A DNA stretch of 62,166 bases, from the NCBI GenBank assembly GCA_012513715.1, contig JAAZBP010000018.1, positions 1 to 62,166 of the forward strand, in the 5' to 3' direction. This DNA comes from Thermoproteota archaeon (GTDB lineage: Archaea > Thermoproteota > Bathyarchaeia > Bathyarchaeales > Bathycorpusculaceae). The stretch's first letter is position 1, and every line of letters starts with the position of its first letter. Below are positions 30,778-39,992 of this stretch, piece after piece. The notes under the pieces are model-generated. The model was not told the origin of the DNA. It did no database searches and worked only from the letters and a program-made list of their open reading frames with translations. A program made the translations under genes and the position numbers.

Positions 30778-31107
30778 ATGGGTGGAAAAAAGAAGCTGGG
30801 CATAAAACAGATGGAGAAGCAGCAGGTTAAATCTGACGAAGAAAAAACTAAAGAGTCAAAGAAGAAAGAAAAAGCTGGACCGCCTAAAGAAAGGAAAACA
30901 ATAGGTGTTCTAGTTCCAGATATAAAAGATGGCAAAATCGTCGCTGAAGTTAAAAAGATGGGTGTGTTAACTCCGTATGCTGTTGCTACTAGATACGGTA
31001 TACGCATTAGTGTAGCAAAAGATTTACTTGAACAGTTAGAAGCAAACGGCGCAGTACAACTTGTGTCTGGCAGTCATAATATCAAAATATATAAGTCAGC
31101 AGAATAA
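30778..31107 (+). CDS. rps25e: 30S ribosomal protein S25e
   Basis: MGGKKK basic N-terminus; LTPYAVA.RYGIRISVAK.LL..L winged helix. Confidence 0.92.
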   Translation: MGGKKKLGIKQMEKQQVKSDEEKTKESKKKEKAGPPKERKTIGVLVPDIKDGKIVAEVKKMGVLTPYAVATRYGIRISVAKDLLEQLEANGAVQLVSGSHNIKIYKSAE

Positions 31108-31149
31108 ACTGCTTCGGGACTAAAGAATAATCTTTGGAGTCTGTTCAAT

Positions 31150-31623
31150 TTGGGTTTCCCTGAGAAAGTGTATACAGGTAAAGAATTATCAACCGCAAAA
31201 GAATTAGTAGATCAAGGACATAAACATGATTTAGTAATCGAGGGAAAAGACGACTTCGAAAAAAAAGTTGAAGAAGCACTTGGACTAATAAAAACAGCAG
31301 GCTACTATGATTACTTACGGACTTATATACGGAAAATTATGGAAATAGATGGAATGACCCAACTACGTCAAGAAGAAGTAACAATATGGGCCAACAAATT
31401 TGCAGTTGAAAACCCAATAGATGCAGCTAGTTTGTTTATACAAAAAGCATATCACATGCAAGAGTATATAGAAGGCAAATTATATTATGGTGGAGCCGCA
31501 GAGCAACGTTCAATTGCGAAGCGTGTAGAATTCTTGCAGTCGCTAAAAGGTAAAACTAAAGATATTAAAGTTAAAGAAGAATGCACGCGCCTTTTAGAGC
31601 AATGGAAGGATAATTCCTTTTAG
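31150..31623 (+). CDS. Hypothetical protein
   Basis: 157-aa ORF following rps25e with an upstream GGAG; no family recognised. Confidence 0.65.
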   Translation: MGFPEKVYTGKELSTAKELVDQGHKHDLVIEGKDDFEKKVEEALGLIKTAGYYDYLRTYIRKIMEIDGMTQLRQEEVTIWANKFAVENPIDAASLFIQKAYHMQEYIEGKLYYGGAAEQRSIAKRVEFLQSLKGKTKDIKVKEECTRLLEQWKDNSF

Positions 31624-31628
31624 AGTTA

Positions 31629-32021
31629 TTATGTCAACAATTGTATCTTAATCGTTGACCCACTTTTAACTTGTTTGAATAAATCTAGATTGCTTGTAAT
31701 TTTTCCTAAAAGATTAACCGGGCTATATGGTTGAGATTTACCATAGAAAACACATATAGCACTACCCATGGGCCAAAAAGCTATTGTGCCAGGCTCTACA
31801 GTAGGTTTTGATTTTTCTTCACCTATTTTCATTGGAATTTCGAAGTAAATCTCTTCTTTCCACAAAGCAGCCCTACCCTCAAGAGGTAGTTTACGTACAA
31901 TACTATCTATAGTTCTCGGAGAAAGAAACCTAACAAATTCACCCTCAGCTTCGCCTAAACCTTCTATAATAAACTTGATCTTTATTCGAGAGATACCTTC
32001 TTCATTACTCAAACAATTCAT
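31629..32021 (-). CDS. Cyclophilin-like fold protein
   Basis: PRT..I.RKLP...WKEEIYF, GTIAFWPMGSAICVFYG, SPVN.LG. Start probably 32021 (ATG) or 32012 (TTG). Confidence 0.8.
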   Translation of the reverse strand: MNCLSNEEGISRIKIKFIIEGLGEAEGEFVRFLSPRTIDSIVRKLPLEGRAALWKEEIYFEIPMKIGEEKSKPTVEPGTIAFWPMGSAICVFYGKSQPYSPVNLLGKITSNLDLFKQVKSGSTIKIQLLT

Positions 32022-32111
32022 ACCCCTTTTATTAAAAGTCCAAAGGTGTTGTAAATTAGAAAGTATAGTGTAGAACGGCAATTTAACTGTTAGGTACAAC
32101 AAAAAAGGTTG

Positions 32112-33215
32112 TTAAAGGAGACTGAGAAAGGTTTCTCCTATAAAATTAATTTCCTCTTCGGAAACACCAGGATGAATAGGCAAAGATACTACTTGTTTTG
32201 ATGCATTAACTGTTTCTGGCAAGGGTGTACTCTCGAAGTTTTCCCGGTAAAAGGGCATTAAATGAACAGGATTAACATAGTATGCTTCGGCTCCGATGCC
32301 GTTCTTCTTAAGTTCTTCTATGAGATTATTACGCTGACCCTCAGAAAAATCCTTAATTCTCACTGTATAAAGATACCAACTATGTAGTCTATCTGTTGTT
32401 TCATATGGTAAAACTAGTTTTTCAGATGGCTTCAAAATTTTTGTAAGTTTTATTGCATTTTGGCGACGTTTTGAGATGAAAGAAGATACTTTTTGTAGTT
32501 GTACATTTCCAATTGCAGCCTGCAATTCTGACATTCGGTAATTGCTTCCCAAAATGAGGGAGGCATACTTGGCCTTTTCGCCGTGTGTGCGAATCATACG
32601 CAAAGTTTCATCAATTTGGTCGTCGTCTGTAGTTATTACTCCACCTTCACCTGTCATCATGTTTTTGCTTGCGTAAAGGCTCCAACAGGCAACATTTGAA
32701 AATGCACCAACTGAGCTGTTATTGTAGGTGGCTCCATGAGCCTGAGCTGCATCTTCAACTAAACTTAAATCGTGTTCCACCGCAATTTCACGTAGCGGTT
32801 TCATATCAGCTGAAAATCCATATAGATCCACTGGCAAAATTGCCTTTGTTTTTTTTGTTATTGCCCCTTTTACTGCAGGAATAGATAACGTATAGGTCTG
32901 AGGGTCTATATCAACAAAAACAGGTTTACCACCTGCCAAAACAACAGATTCTGCAGTGGCTACAAAAGTAAAACTAGGCAAGATAACTTCATCGTCACGT
33001 TTGATGCCTACTGCCATAAGTGCAGCATGTAAAGCAGCAGTACCAGTATTTACAGCCACAGCATGGTTAGAACCGACAAAATCCGCAAAATTTTGTTCAA
33101 ATTTAAGTACTTCTGGCCCTGCTCCTAACGCATTAGTTAAAGGACCTTTACGCATAACGTTTAAAACAGCTTGGACTTCGTCTTCATCCATTTGTGGCTT
33201 GTTAATAGGTATCAC
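32112..33215 (-). CDS. DegT/DnrJ/EryC1/StrS family sugar aminotransferase
   Basis: NTGTAALH, SFTFVATA, EDAAQAHGA, SLYASKNMMTGEGG, NYRMSE, SLPIHP. Confidence 0.93.
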   Translation of the reverse strand: MIPINKPQMDEDEVQAVLNVMRKGPLTNALGAGPEVLKFEQNFADFVGSNHAVAVNTGTAALHAALMAVGIKRDDEVILPSFTFVATAESVVLAGGKPVFVDIDPQTYTLSIPAVKGAITKKTKAILPVDLYGFSADMKPLREIAVEHDLSLVEDAAQAHGATYNNSSVGAFSNVACWSLYASKNMMTGEGGVITTDDDQIDETLRMIRTHGEKAKYASLILGSNYRMSELQAAIGNVQLQKVSSFISKRRQNAIKLTKILKPSEKLVLPYETTDRLHSWYLYTVRIKDFSEGQRNNLIEELKKNGIGAEAYYVNPVHLMPFYRENFESTPLPETVNASKQVVSLPIHPGVSEEEINFIGETFLSLL

Positions 33216-33274
33216 TTTCTGAGCCTCTCACGAAATTTATGGTGAACTTGTATATATTTCAATTTTCCAGAAAA

Positions 33275-34399
33275 TCATTCAATAATCATTTTTTGCATAG
33301 TTTTATAATCAGTAATTACGCGAATTCCATTATCTCGAAGTAAGTTGTCAATTTCTGAGTCACCTGTATCTACTCTCAAACAATTTAGCCTATCAATTTT
33401 ACTTTTAGTAGCTATTACTGTAATGTTGCTTAAACCTACTTTACGGATAACTTCACTGCTTATTTGTTGGTTACCCCTCCCAAATATGAATCCTTGTCCA
33501 CCTATGGGCGTCACGATTATATGTGCAGGTTTATCAGCAATTAACTCCATAATCTGAGTTGCATTAACGTCTTTTTTAACTATTTTTTTATCTAAGAAAA
33601 CATCGACACCTAACAGAGTTTTTTTCTGGTCAAGGAGATCAGCTATTGTTCGAGTAGTTGTACCAGGTCCAACAATATAATAAACATCAGATTTCATTCC
33701 TTCAATCAGATAGAGTGCTATCGCAGCTTGATTTTCTACTTCGTCCTCAGTGTTAGAGCTCTCCATTTTGTTACCCTGAATCAGATGCGGTTCAAAAGGG
33801 GTTAGCACGTACCCGTGTAATTCTGCAGACAGGTGACCCTCGCGAAAAGCACACTCATCAATATCCATTACTTCTGCTTCCTTAAGTGGAAGACCGCCCC
33901 AAAGGAATTGAGCGGCTACTCTTGCAGCTGCTTTTGGACTTATGGCAAATGATGCACTATGCATTTTGACGCCCGTCGGGACACCTAACACTGGAACTTT
34001 GAAGTCAATTACTTTTTGGATATCACGTGTTGTACCGTCTCCACCACAATAAATCAGCAAGTCTACACCAGTTTTAACTATACCTTCAGAAACAGTCTCA
34101 GTGTCACACGAAGATGTTTCATTTTTAGCTTCACCAATAACTTTTATGCGATAATTTTGTTTTTTAGCTTCTACTTCACCCATATCTCCTGAACCTACTA
34201 CAAGTTTTAGATATTCTTTAAAAGGTGAAAGTTCTGAGAGAAATGTTTCGGCACGCTTAGACGCAATTGGTTTCGCACCTAATTTGATGGCCATCTGGAG
34301 AATTGAGGCGCCGTCAGTACCTTTTAGCCCTACTGCGCCACCCATACCTGCAATTGGATTAACTATGAAGCCAACTGTTTTTTTGGGAATCACTGTCAA
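33275..34399 (-). CDS. ATP-NAD kinase family protein (AcoX-like)
   Basis: NPIAGMGG.VGLKGTD, GGDGT.RD, GVKMHS, GGQGFIFGRGNQQ. Confidence 0.85.
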   Translation of the reverse strand: MTVIPKKTVGFIVNPIAGMGGAVGLKGTDGASILQMAIKLGAKPIASKRAETFLSELSPFKEYLKLVVGSGDMGEVEAKKQNYRIKVIGEAKNETSSCDTETVSEGIVKTGVDLLIYCGGDGTTRDIQKVIDFKVPVLGVPTGVKMHSASFAISPKAAARVAAQFLWGGLPLKEAEVMDIDECAFREGHLSAELHGYVLTPFEPHLIQGNKMESSNTEDEVENQAAIALYLIEGMKSDVYYIVGPGTTTRTIADLLDQKKTLLGVDVFLDKKIVKKDVNATQIMELIADKPAHIIVTPIGGQGFIFGRGNQQISSEVIRKVGLSNITVIATKSKIDRLNCLRVDTGDSEIDNLLRDNGIRVITDYKTMQKMIIE

Positions 34400-34516
34400 A
34401 GTAACTTAACCTGATTATAGTAATGAGTTGATAGTTTAATAAAAAGGAAAAGGTCAAAGTGCGACTTTAAAAAAATTTTATGTAAAAAAAGAAGTTGGTT
34501 GAAGAATCAGGCAACG

Positions 34517-35926
34517 TCAGCCAATATATTTCGTGGTTACTTCATTTAGCCACGGATAGAGCGCACGTAGCTTTTTCATTGATTCAGCAACTTTCTCCGC
34601 AGGGTACTCGTAGGGTTGCAATCTACCGTTGAAGTATTCCTCGTACGCAGTCATATCAAAGAATCCATGACCAGTCAAAGCGAACAGTATTGTCTTTTGT
34701 GTGTTAGTTTTAGCACATTGTCGTGCTTCGTCACAAACGGCTTTTATAGCATGCGCTGCTTCTGGCGCAGGGATAATGCCTTCACTGCGTGTGAAGATTT
34801 TTGCGGCATCAAATGCATCAACTTGGTTAACTGCTATAGTGCTAAGCTGTTTCTCCTGCGACATTACACTAATGGTTGGTGCAATACCGTGGTATCTTAG
34901 TCCGCCTGCGTGTATAGGAGCGGGCATAAAGTCATGACCCAAGGTATGCATAGGAACAAGGGGAGTTAACTTAGCAGTGTCGCCGTGGTCATAGGTGTAA
35001 TATCCTCTTGTGACTTTAGGACATGCAGTTGGTTCAACAGCGAAGAAGTTAGTTTCTTTGGGCGCCTTCTTGCTGACTTTATCATAATAGAAGGGCCAGA
35101 ATAAACCGCTAAAGCTGCTACCTCCACCTATACAACCATAAATCTCGTCGGGGTAGTCATCCACCATCGCAAATTGTTTCTGTGCTTCGAGTCCTGCTAC
35201 AGTTTGGTGCATACAAACGTGGTTGAAGACTGACCCGATTGTGTAGTTAGCTTTTTTACCGGTCTTCTCGCTTTCGAGACTGTCTTCGACTGCTTCGCTG
35301 ATAGCAATACCCAGTGATCCTTTGCTATCTGGGTCTTCGGCTAAAATTCTTTTTCCAGCCTCAGTCTTATTGCTTGGGCTGGCTACGCATTCAGCCCCAA
35401 AAGCGTTCATCATTGCTTTGCGGTATGGTTTTTGGTCAAAGCTAGCTCGAACCATGTAGACCGTAGCTTCTAGGCCAAACATACCAGCGGCAAAAGAAAG
35501 AGCGGACCCCCATTGTCCTGCGCCGGTTTCTGTAGTGACTCGAGTTATACCTTCTTTCATGTTGTAGTATGCTTGGGGTACAGCGCTGTTAGCTTTGTGA
35601 CTTCCAGGAGGAGATACACCTTCATATTTGTAGTATATTTTAGCAGGTGTTTTGAGAGCTTTTTCCAGATTTAATGCTCTAAAAAGCGGGGAAGGTCGCC
35701 ATATTTTGTAGACATCCCTTACTTCGTCGGGTATGTCGATCCATCTTTCTTGGCTAATTTCTTGTCCAATTATTGCTTTTGGGAAAATTTTTGGGACTAT
35801 ACCTACACCTGGTTGACCTGTTTCCGCCTCTATAAATGGTGGAATTGGATGTGGCAGGTCGGGCACTATATTGTACCATTGTTTTGGTATATCTGATTCT
35901 TTCAGCACTATTTTTTTGTCAGTCAA
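34517..35926 (-). CDS. trpB2: Tryptophan synthase beta chain, type 2 (TrpB2)
   Basis: WYNIVPDLP, RPSPLFRA, GSHKANSA, TETGAGQWG, GGGS, IHAGGLRYHG, PAPE, GHGFFD. Start taken as TTG at 35926 (track start 35968). Confidence 0.93.
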   Translation of the reverse strand: MTDKKIVLKESDIPKQWYNIVPDLPHPIPPFIEAETGQPGVGIVPKIFPKAIIGQEISQERWIDIPDEVRDVYKIWRPSPLFRALNLEKALKTPAKIYYKYEGVSPPGSHKANSAVPQAYYNMKEGITRVTTETGAGQWGSALSFAAGMFGLEATVYMVRASFDQKPYRKAMMNAFGAECVASPSNKTEAGKRILAEDPDSKGSLGIAISEAVEDSLESEKTGKKANYTIGSVFNHVCMHQTVAGLEAQKQFAMVDDYPDEIYGCIGGGSSFSGLFWPFYYDKVSKKAPKETNFFAVEPTACPKVTRGYYTYDHGDTAKLTPLVPMHTLGHDFMPAPIHAGGLRYHGIAPTISVMSQEKQLSTIAVNQVDAFDAAKIFTRSEGIIPAPEAAHAIKAVCDEARQCAKTNTQKTILFALTGHGFFDMTAYEEYFNGRLQPYEYPAEKVAESMKKLRALYPWLNEVTTKYIG

Positions 35927-35987
35927 TATTAAACGCCTTTTAGAGTAAGTAGAAAACTGTTCTACCAAGTCTTATTTAAGGCTTTTG

Positions 35988-36003
35988 TGTACATAAAGAT
36001 ACA
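35988..36003. promoter_or_regulatory. TRP-box-like pair TGTACA-N4-GATACA (candidate TrpY operator)
   Basis: Between divergent trpB2 and trpY, abutting the minus-strand BRE/TATA (AAAAGCCTTAAATA, 35973-35986) of trpB2. Confidence 0.65.
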
Positions 36004-36080
36004 CATAGCCCCAAACACTAAAAAGCAAAAAACAACATATTTATACTCAAGGGAACAAAAATAAACATACGCGATTCTAA

Positions 36081-36584
36081 ATGTGGAACAAAATTAAAAG
36101 TCAACTAGAAGAATACCCTGAACGCCTCAAAGTCGCACGTGTACTAATCGAAAACGGACTTAGCGCTAAAGACGACAAGATATACCTCAACCAAATTGAG
36201 GTGCCACCAGTCCGTATAGCAAGGGTTGCAAAAGTTGACCGGAGAACCGTTAATGAAACATTAAACACCATCAAAAGAAATTCTGAGCTAAAACTCATAT
36301 TTGAAGAAATAAGACCTGCAGGACATTCATTAAGAGAAATCGCGAAACATCTCAATCTAGGAGTGTTAGAGATTACACCAACAGACGCAAAAGCTCCAGG
36401 AATTTTATGCAAAGCCGCGACAGCCCTTAATAAAGATAACTTGAGCATAAGACAAGCAATTGTAGACGACCCAGAACTTTCACCGGAACCCAAACTTACA
36501 TTAATTGTTGAGAGAAAAATTCCAGGGGAACTCATTACTGAATTACTAAAAATCCCAGGTGTTGCCAAAGTATCAATATATTAA
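36081..36584 (+). CDS. trpY: TrpY-like ACT-domain regulator of amino-acid metabolism
   Basis: N-terminal HTH (IARVAKVDRRTV) plus C-terminal ACT (PGIL...LSIRQAIVDDPEL); divergent from trpB2 with TGTACA boxes in between. Confidence 0.75.
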   Translation: MWNKIKSQLEEYPERLKVARVLIENGLSAKDDKIYLNQIEVPPVRIARVAKVDRRTVNETLNTIKRNSELKLIFEEIRPAGHSLREIAKHLNLGVLEITPTDAKAPGILCKAATALNKDNLSIRQAIVDDPELSPEPKLTLIVERKIPGELITELLKIPGVAKVSIY

Positions 36585-36593
36585 ATAAAACAT
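36487..36593 (+). repeat. Direct repeat copy 1 (3' end of trpY plus 9 bp; left island boundary)
   Basis: AACCCAAACTTACATTAATTG...ATATTAAATAAAACAT recurs at 42720-42825. Confidence 0.97.
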
Positions 36594-36924
36594 AGTCTTT
36601 ATGGTCTATGTGTTTCTTGTTACCATCTATGAGGTTTAGTCTTGCTTGTTTTGTGGGTTTTCGGGGTGCAACCATGTAGCCTTTTAAGGTATAGATAATT
36701 TGTTTTTCTGTCAGGTTACGAGTTATTATTAACGGTCGTTCTAGAACACTTACTATAATGTATACTATATTCAATACATTGTGTCCTGTAGCACGATATT
36801 AACTATCCCTTGTTCAGTAAAAGCTTGTTAGAACGCTAACCAAAGTAGCACAATGGCAAAAAAATGACATAAAGGCTTGTTGGAGAAAGGAGACTGTAAA
36901 GTAGGAGAGCAAAAGGAGTTTCTT

Positions 36925-37131
36925 ATGAAAAGAGAAGAAGCAAAGGTTTTGCTTAGGGAAATAGCTCTTGCTTGTGGGCAAGTAGGTGAGAACGGTATTA
37001 TTATGCTTTTGCTGTTGAGTGCTGATGGGGCGCAATCGCAGGGCTACCAGTTACATATCAAAGAAAGTATCGATAAACAAAGCCTTGTCTGCATCCAAAA
37101 CATCGCTGAAAAACACAACTTCGGTTCATAA
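36925..37131 (+). CDS. Small hypothetical protein, possibly frameshifted at the 3' end
   Basis: AAGGAG SD before ATG 36925 (MKREEAKVLLREI..GYQLHIK). A shifted frame continues VHNGPDNLIVIC* just after the stop. Confidence 0.5.
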   Translation: MKREEAKVLLREIALACGQVGENGIIMLLLLSADGAQSQGYQLHIKESIDKQSLVCIQNIAEKHNFGS

Positions 37132-37583
37132 CGGGCCAGATAACTTGATTGTGATTTGTTAATCTCCTGCCTGAAGCACTAGAAAAGTTGTCCGCTATCC
37201 AAAGCAGACGCCGAAGCCTCACCATAAGGATATGACGGCAAACCCACGAAATAAGGTAATTATCCTTTTTTGAACTCTTCCATTCCAACTATACCTGACT
37301 ATGCAAAAAAGGAATAGGACCTTGACTACAAAGTAGCGTCTATGGAAGTCTTTTTCTTGCCTAAAGAGGCAGTGCTTCTGGAGTTTAAGCGTGTAAACGG
37401 TTCTGGATGGCTAACTAACTATCGCCTTTGCAGTTCAATGCCAAGCCAAGCGCTTTCATTTCAGGCAAAGTTTGGTCTGTGACTATTAAGATTGTTTTCT
37501 TCACTCATACAAGTCATCTTGAAAGCTTCAGGATTCGATTTTCGACAAAGTAATAGATAGAGGCAGTAACAAGGGTCTGTGAG

Positions 37584-37917
37584 TTACTTTTCCCTCTTAA
37601 GGATAAAAATGAGGTAACATGGATTTCCTTCTATTGTTTTGTCAAGCGTCCATTTTGTTTTCTCTAAAATCTTCTTCAAGCCTTCTATGCCAAGGAACCT
37701 TACCATGTTACCGGAGCTTTCCAGTAATGCTGGAAATGCAGGATTAACCTTTATCCAGTTCAAGAACAACATCGCCAAACACTACCAAATCATTGGAGGA
37801 GCGATTATAAAAGCAATCCAAATTGCGTATAATGTCGTCATCGGTGCAATACTCAAAAAGAGCGCCTTCAGATGAGCAAACTACAAACCAATCTTAGCCC
37901 GCCCATTCTTTTTCATC
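37584..37917 (-). pseudogene. Degraded gene remnant split over two frames
   Basis: One frame reads EKEWAG*DWFVVCSSEGALFEYCTDDDIIRNL...ELDK, then a frameshift leads to VNPAFPALLESSG...LIFILKREK*. No intact start found. Confidence 0.5.
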
Positions 37918-38019
37918 GACAAATATCTAACCGACCATTTTGGGTCAACTATAAGCTAAATCCGAACCCCTACAAGGGCAGATATACTAGTTTAGTTGCT
38001 TGTGACCTCATTTAAACGC

Positions 38020-38043
38020 TTTTGACAATAAATTTTGTCAAAA
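38020..38043. promoter_or_regulatory. Island operator copy: TTTTGACAA-N6-TTGTCAAAA (TTGAC-N10-GTCAA core)
   Basis: Perfect 9-bp arms upstream of a TATTAAGTA box (38061) and the rhodanese-fusion gene. Confidence 0.7.
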
Positions 38044-38111
38044 ACTGTTCTACAGTGTAGTATTAAGTATCTCTTGTTTAGTAAGAAATAACTTGTTTGG
38101 GAGGTGAAAAC

Positions 38112-39908
38112 TTGAACAAGAAAAAACCTGCCATATGTATACTTCTTGCAGCGCTCTTGCTTTCATCTGCTTTGCTTATCCATCCAATTGCCGCAGAAGA
38201 AACGGGATACCAAAACATAACAGTGCAACAAGCGCAACAGATGATAAAACAAGACAAAGGAGACCTTGTAATTTTGGATGTTAGAAACCAAAGCGAATAC
38301 AACCTTGGACACCTATACGATGCAGTGCTTGTGCCTGTTTATGAGATTGAAAATAGCAGTATACCCATTTCCCTTTCTCCACCGCTTATCGATAACAGCC
38401 TTCTGATGGATGTTTACACACGTACAGAAAATGCCTTCAAACTCTCAGACCACATTAATGATAACATAGTAGTCTATTGTTCTGCCGGAGGAAGAAGCGC
38501 TCAAGCATGCCAAATCCTAATTGACCAGGGTTTCACAAATGTTTACAACATGCTCGGTGGTATAAACGCATGGATGCAAGCTGACTACCCCATTTACACA
38601 AGCAGTCATCACATAACGATAGATTACAATGATCAAGCACTGTTAGATATCCAGCCCTTACTTCAATACCAGACAAATTGCGATTCGTGCCAAAATCAAC
38701 CTAACGAGGACAGCTATATTCCATCAATAGAGGTTACAAAGACTTTGTTAGAAGAAAGTGAAAATCATACTTTGTATGAAGTGTCAGAAAATATTGATGG
38801 TGTTGTAACTGAGTATACCGTTGATAAGACTTTACTATGGTGTCATACTGAAGCTAAAAAAAACTTCAACCGTACAATTACATTTACTTCAATCATAGAC
38901 GATAGAAATGGCGAGTGCACCCAAGTGTTGCGTCTCTACGATAGTGTGCAACACAAAGACTATAACATGACTCTCTTTACGATCTTGTCGCCTTTGGATT
39001 CGGAGACCTACAATACATCCGTAACAGTCATGAGTTATATACCCGTTGGCAAGACTGAACTACTATCCTCAGAATGGGTTGAGTTTAATGGGCCGCTAAC
39101 GCTTTCACAACTATATGACTCATTGGGTAAGGCTGCTGATGAACTATCAAAAGACTACAAGAAAAGCAAAGATGACGACCTGAGACAATTTGGAAAACGC
39201 TATGATACAATGGCCAATGAAGCAAAAATGTTAGCCAAAGTTGTAAAGACATATCTACCAGAATATAATAAGAACATTCTCAACAGTACAGCACTAATAT
39301 TAGACGATTGGTTAGCATGTGTACTATGCGCTGCTGTCTTCTATATTGCAATAGGTGCTACTTGCGCAGTAGCATGTGGTTGCACAGCTCTAACTGGTTG
39401 TGGTATCTGCCTTCAAATACTTGCGCTCGAACAATACTGGAGTAATGGTGTAACCTATGTTTGCGAAGAAATAGTTGGCTGTTGGACTTTGGGTCAGCCA
39501 ACATATCGCTACTTAACAGGCACAAGTGAATACGAATACTACTCATACGTTAATAACCATGAAAACCTGCGCGGGAGTTCGATTGACTATAACGAAGCTC
39601 AGATTTACTGTCCAGATCCTCCAAGTATGGGACAAATAATCGGAACTTTTAACGAAGAATATGTGCATGGCGAGCTTCAGATCTACGGAAAATCAGCGCC
39701 CGGAGGCTACCTTAGCGATTTATATGTCTACGTTTCAACCGATAATGTAAACTGGGAATACGTAGGTTTCCAACGCATCACGTCAACTTCATCATACTGG
39801 ATAGACTTTGGGTATGTTGAAACCTGTTTTAAGTACGTCGGCATCGTGGGGTATAACAGCGGTTTCAGCGTAAACTTGCTACTGGATTGCGTTAGAGTTA
39901 CTCCATAA
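38112..39908 (+). CDS. Secreted rhodanese-domain fusion protein with Cys-rich halocin C8-like segment and C-terminal beta domain
   Basis: GGAGGTGA SD then TTG 38112. Signal peptide NKKKPAICILLAALLLSSALLIHPIAA; rhodanese ILDVR..EY..GHL and VYCSAGGRS..GF..V..MLGGI.AW; CDSC; 9-Cys hydrophobic segment; C-terminal YVYVSTDNVNWEYVG. Confidence 0.8.
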   Translation: MNKKKPAICILLAALLLSSALLIHPIAAEETGYQNITVQQAQQMIKQDKGDLVILDVRNQSEYNLGHLYDAVLVPVYEIENSSIPISLSPPLIDNSLLMDVYTRTENAFKLSDHINDNIVVYCSAGGRSAQACQILIDQGFTNVYNMLGGINAWMQADYPIYTSSHHITIDYNDQALLDIQPLLQYQTNCDSCQNQPNEDSYIPSIEVTKTLLEESENHTLYEVSENIDGVVTEYTVDKTLLWCHTEAKKNFNRTITFTSIIDDRNGECTQVLRLYDSVQHKDYNMTLFTILSPLDSETYNTSVTVMSYIPVGKTELLSSEWVEFNGPLTLSQLYDSLGKAADELSKDYKKSKDDDLRQFGKRYDTMANEAKMLAKVVKTYLPEYNKNILNSTALILDDWLACVLCAAVFYIAIGATCAVACGCTALTGCGICLQILALEQYWSNGVTYVCEEIVGCWTLGQPTYRYLTGTSEYEYYSYVNNHENLRGSSIDYNEAQIYCPDPPSMGQIIGTFNEEYVHGELQIYGKSAPGGYLSDLYVYVSTDNVNWEYVGFQRITSTSSYWIDFGYVETCFKYVGIVGYNSGFSVNLLLDCVRVTP

Positions 39909-39992
39909 AGGAAGAGTCACTCTAATATTTACCCTCTTTTTTAAACTCAATCTTCTTATCAGATTGAATCCTTGATGGTTCACTATAAACCG

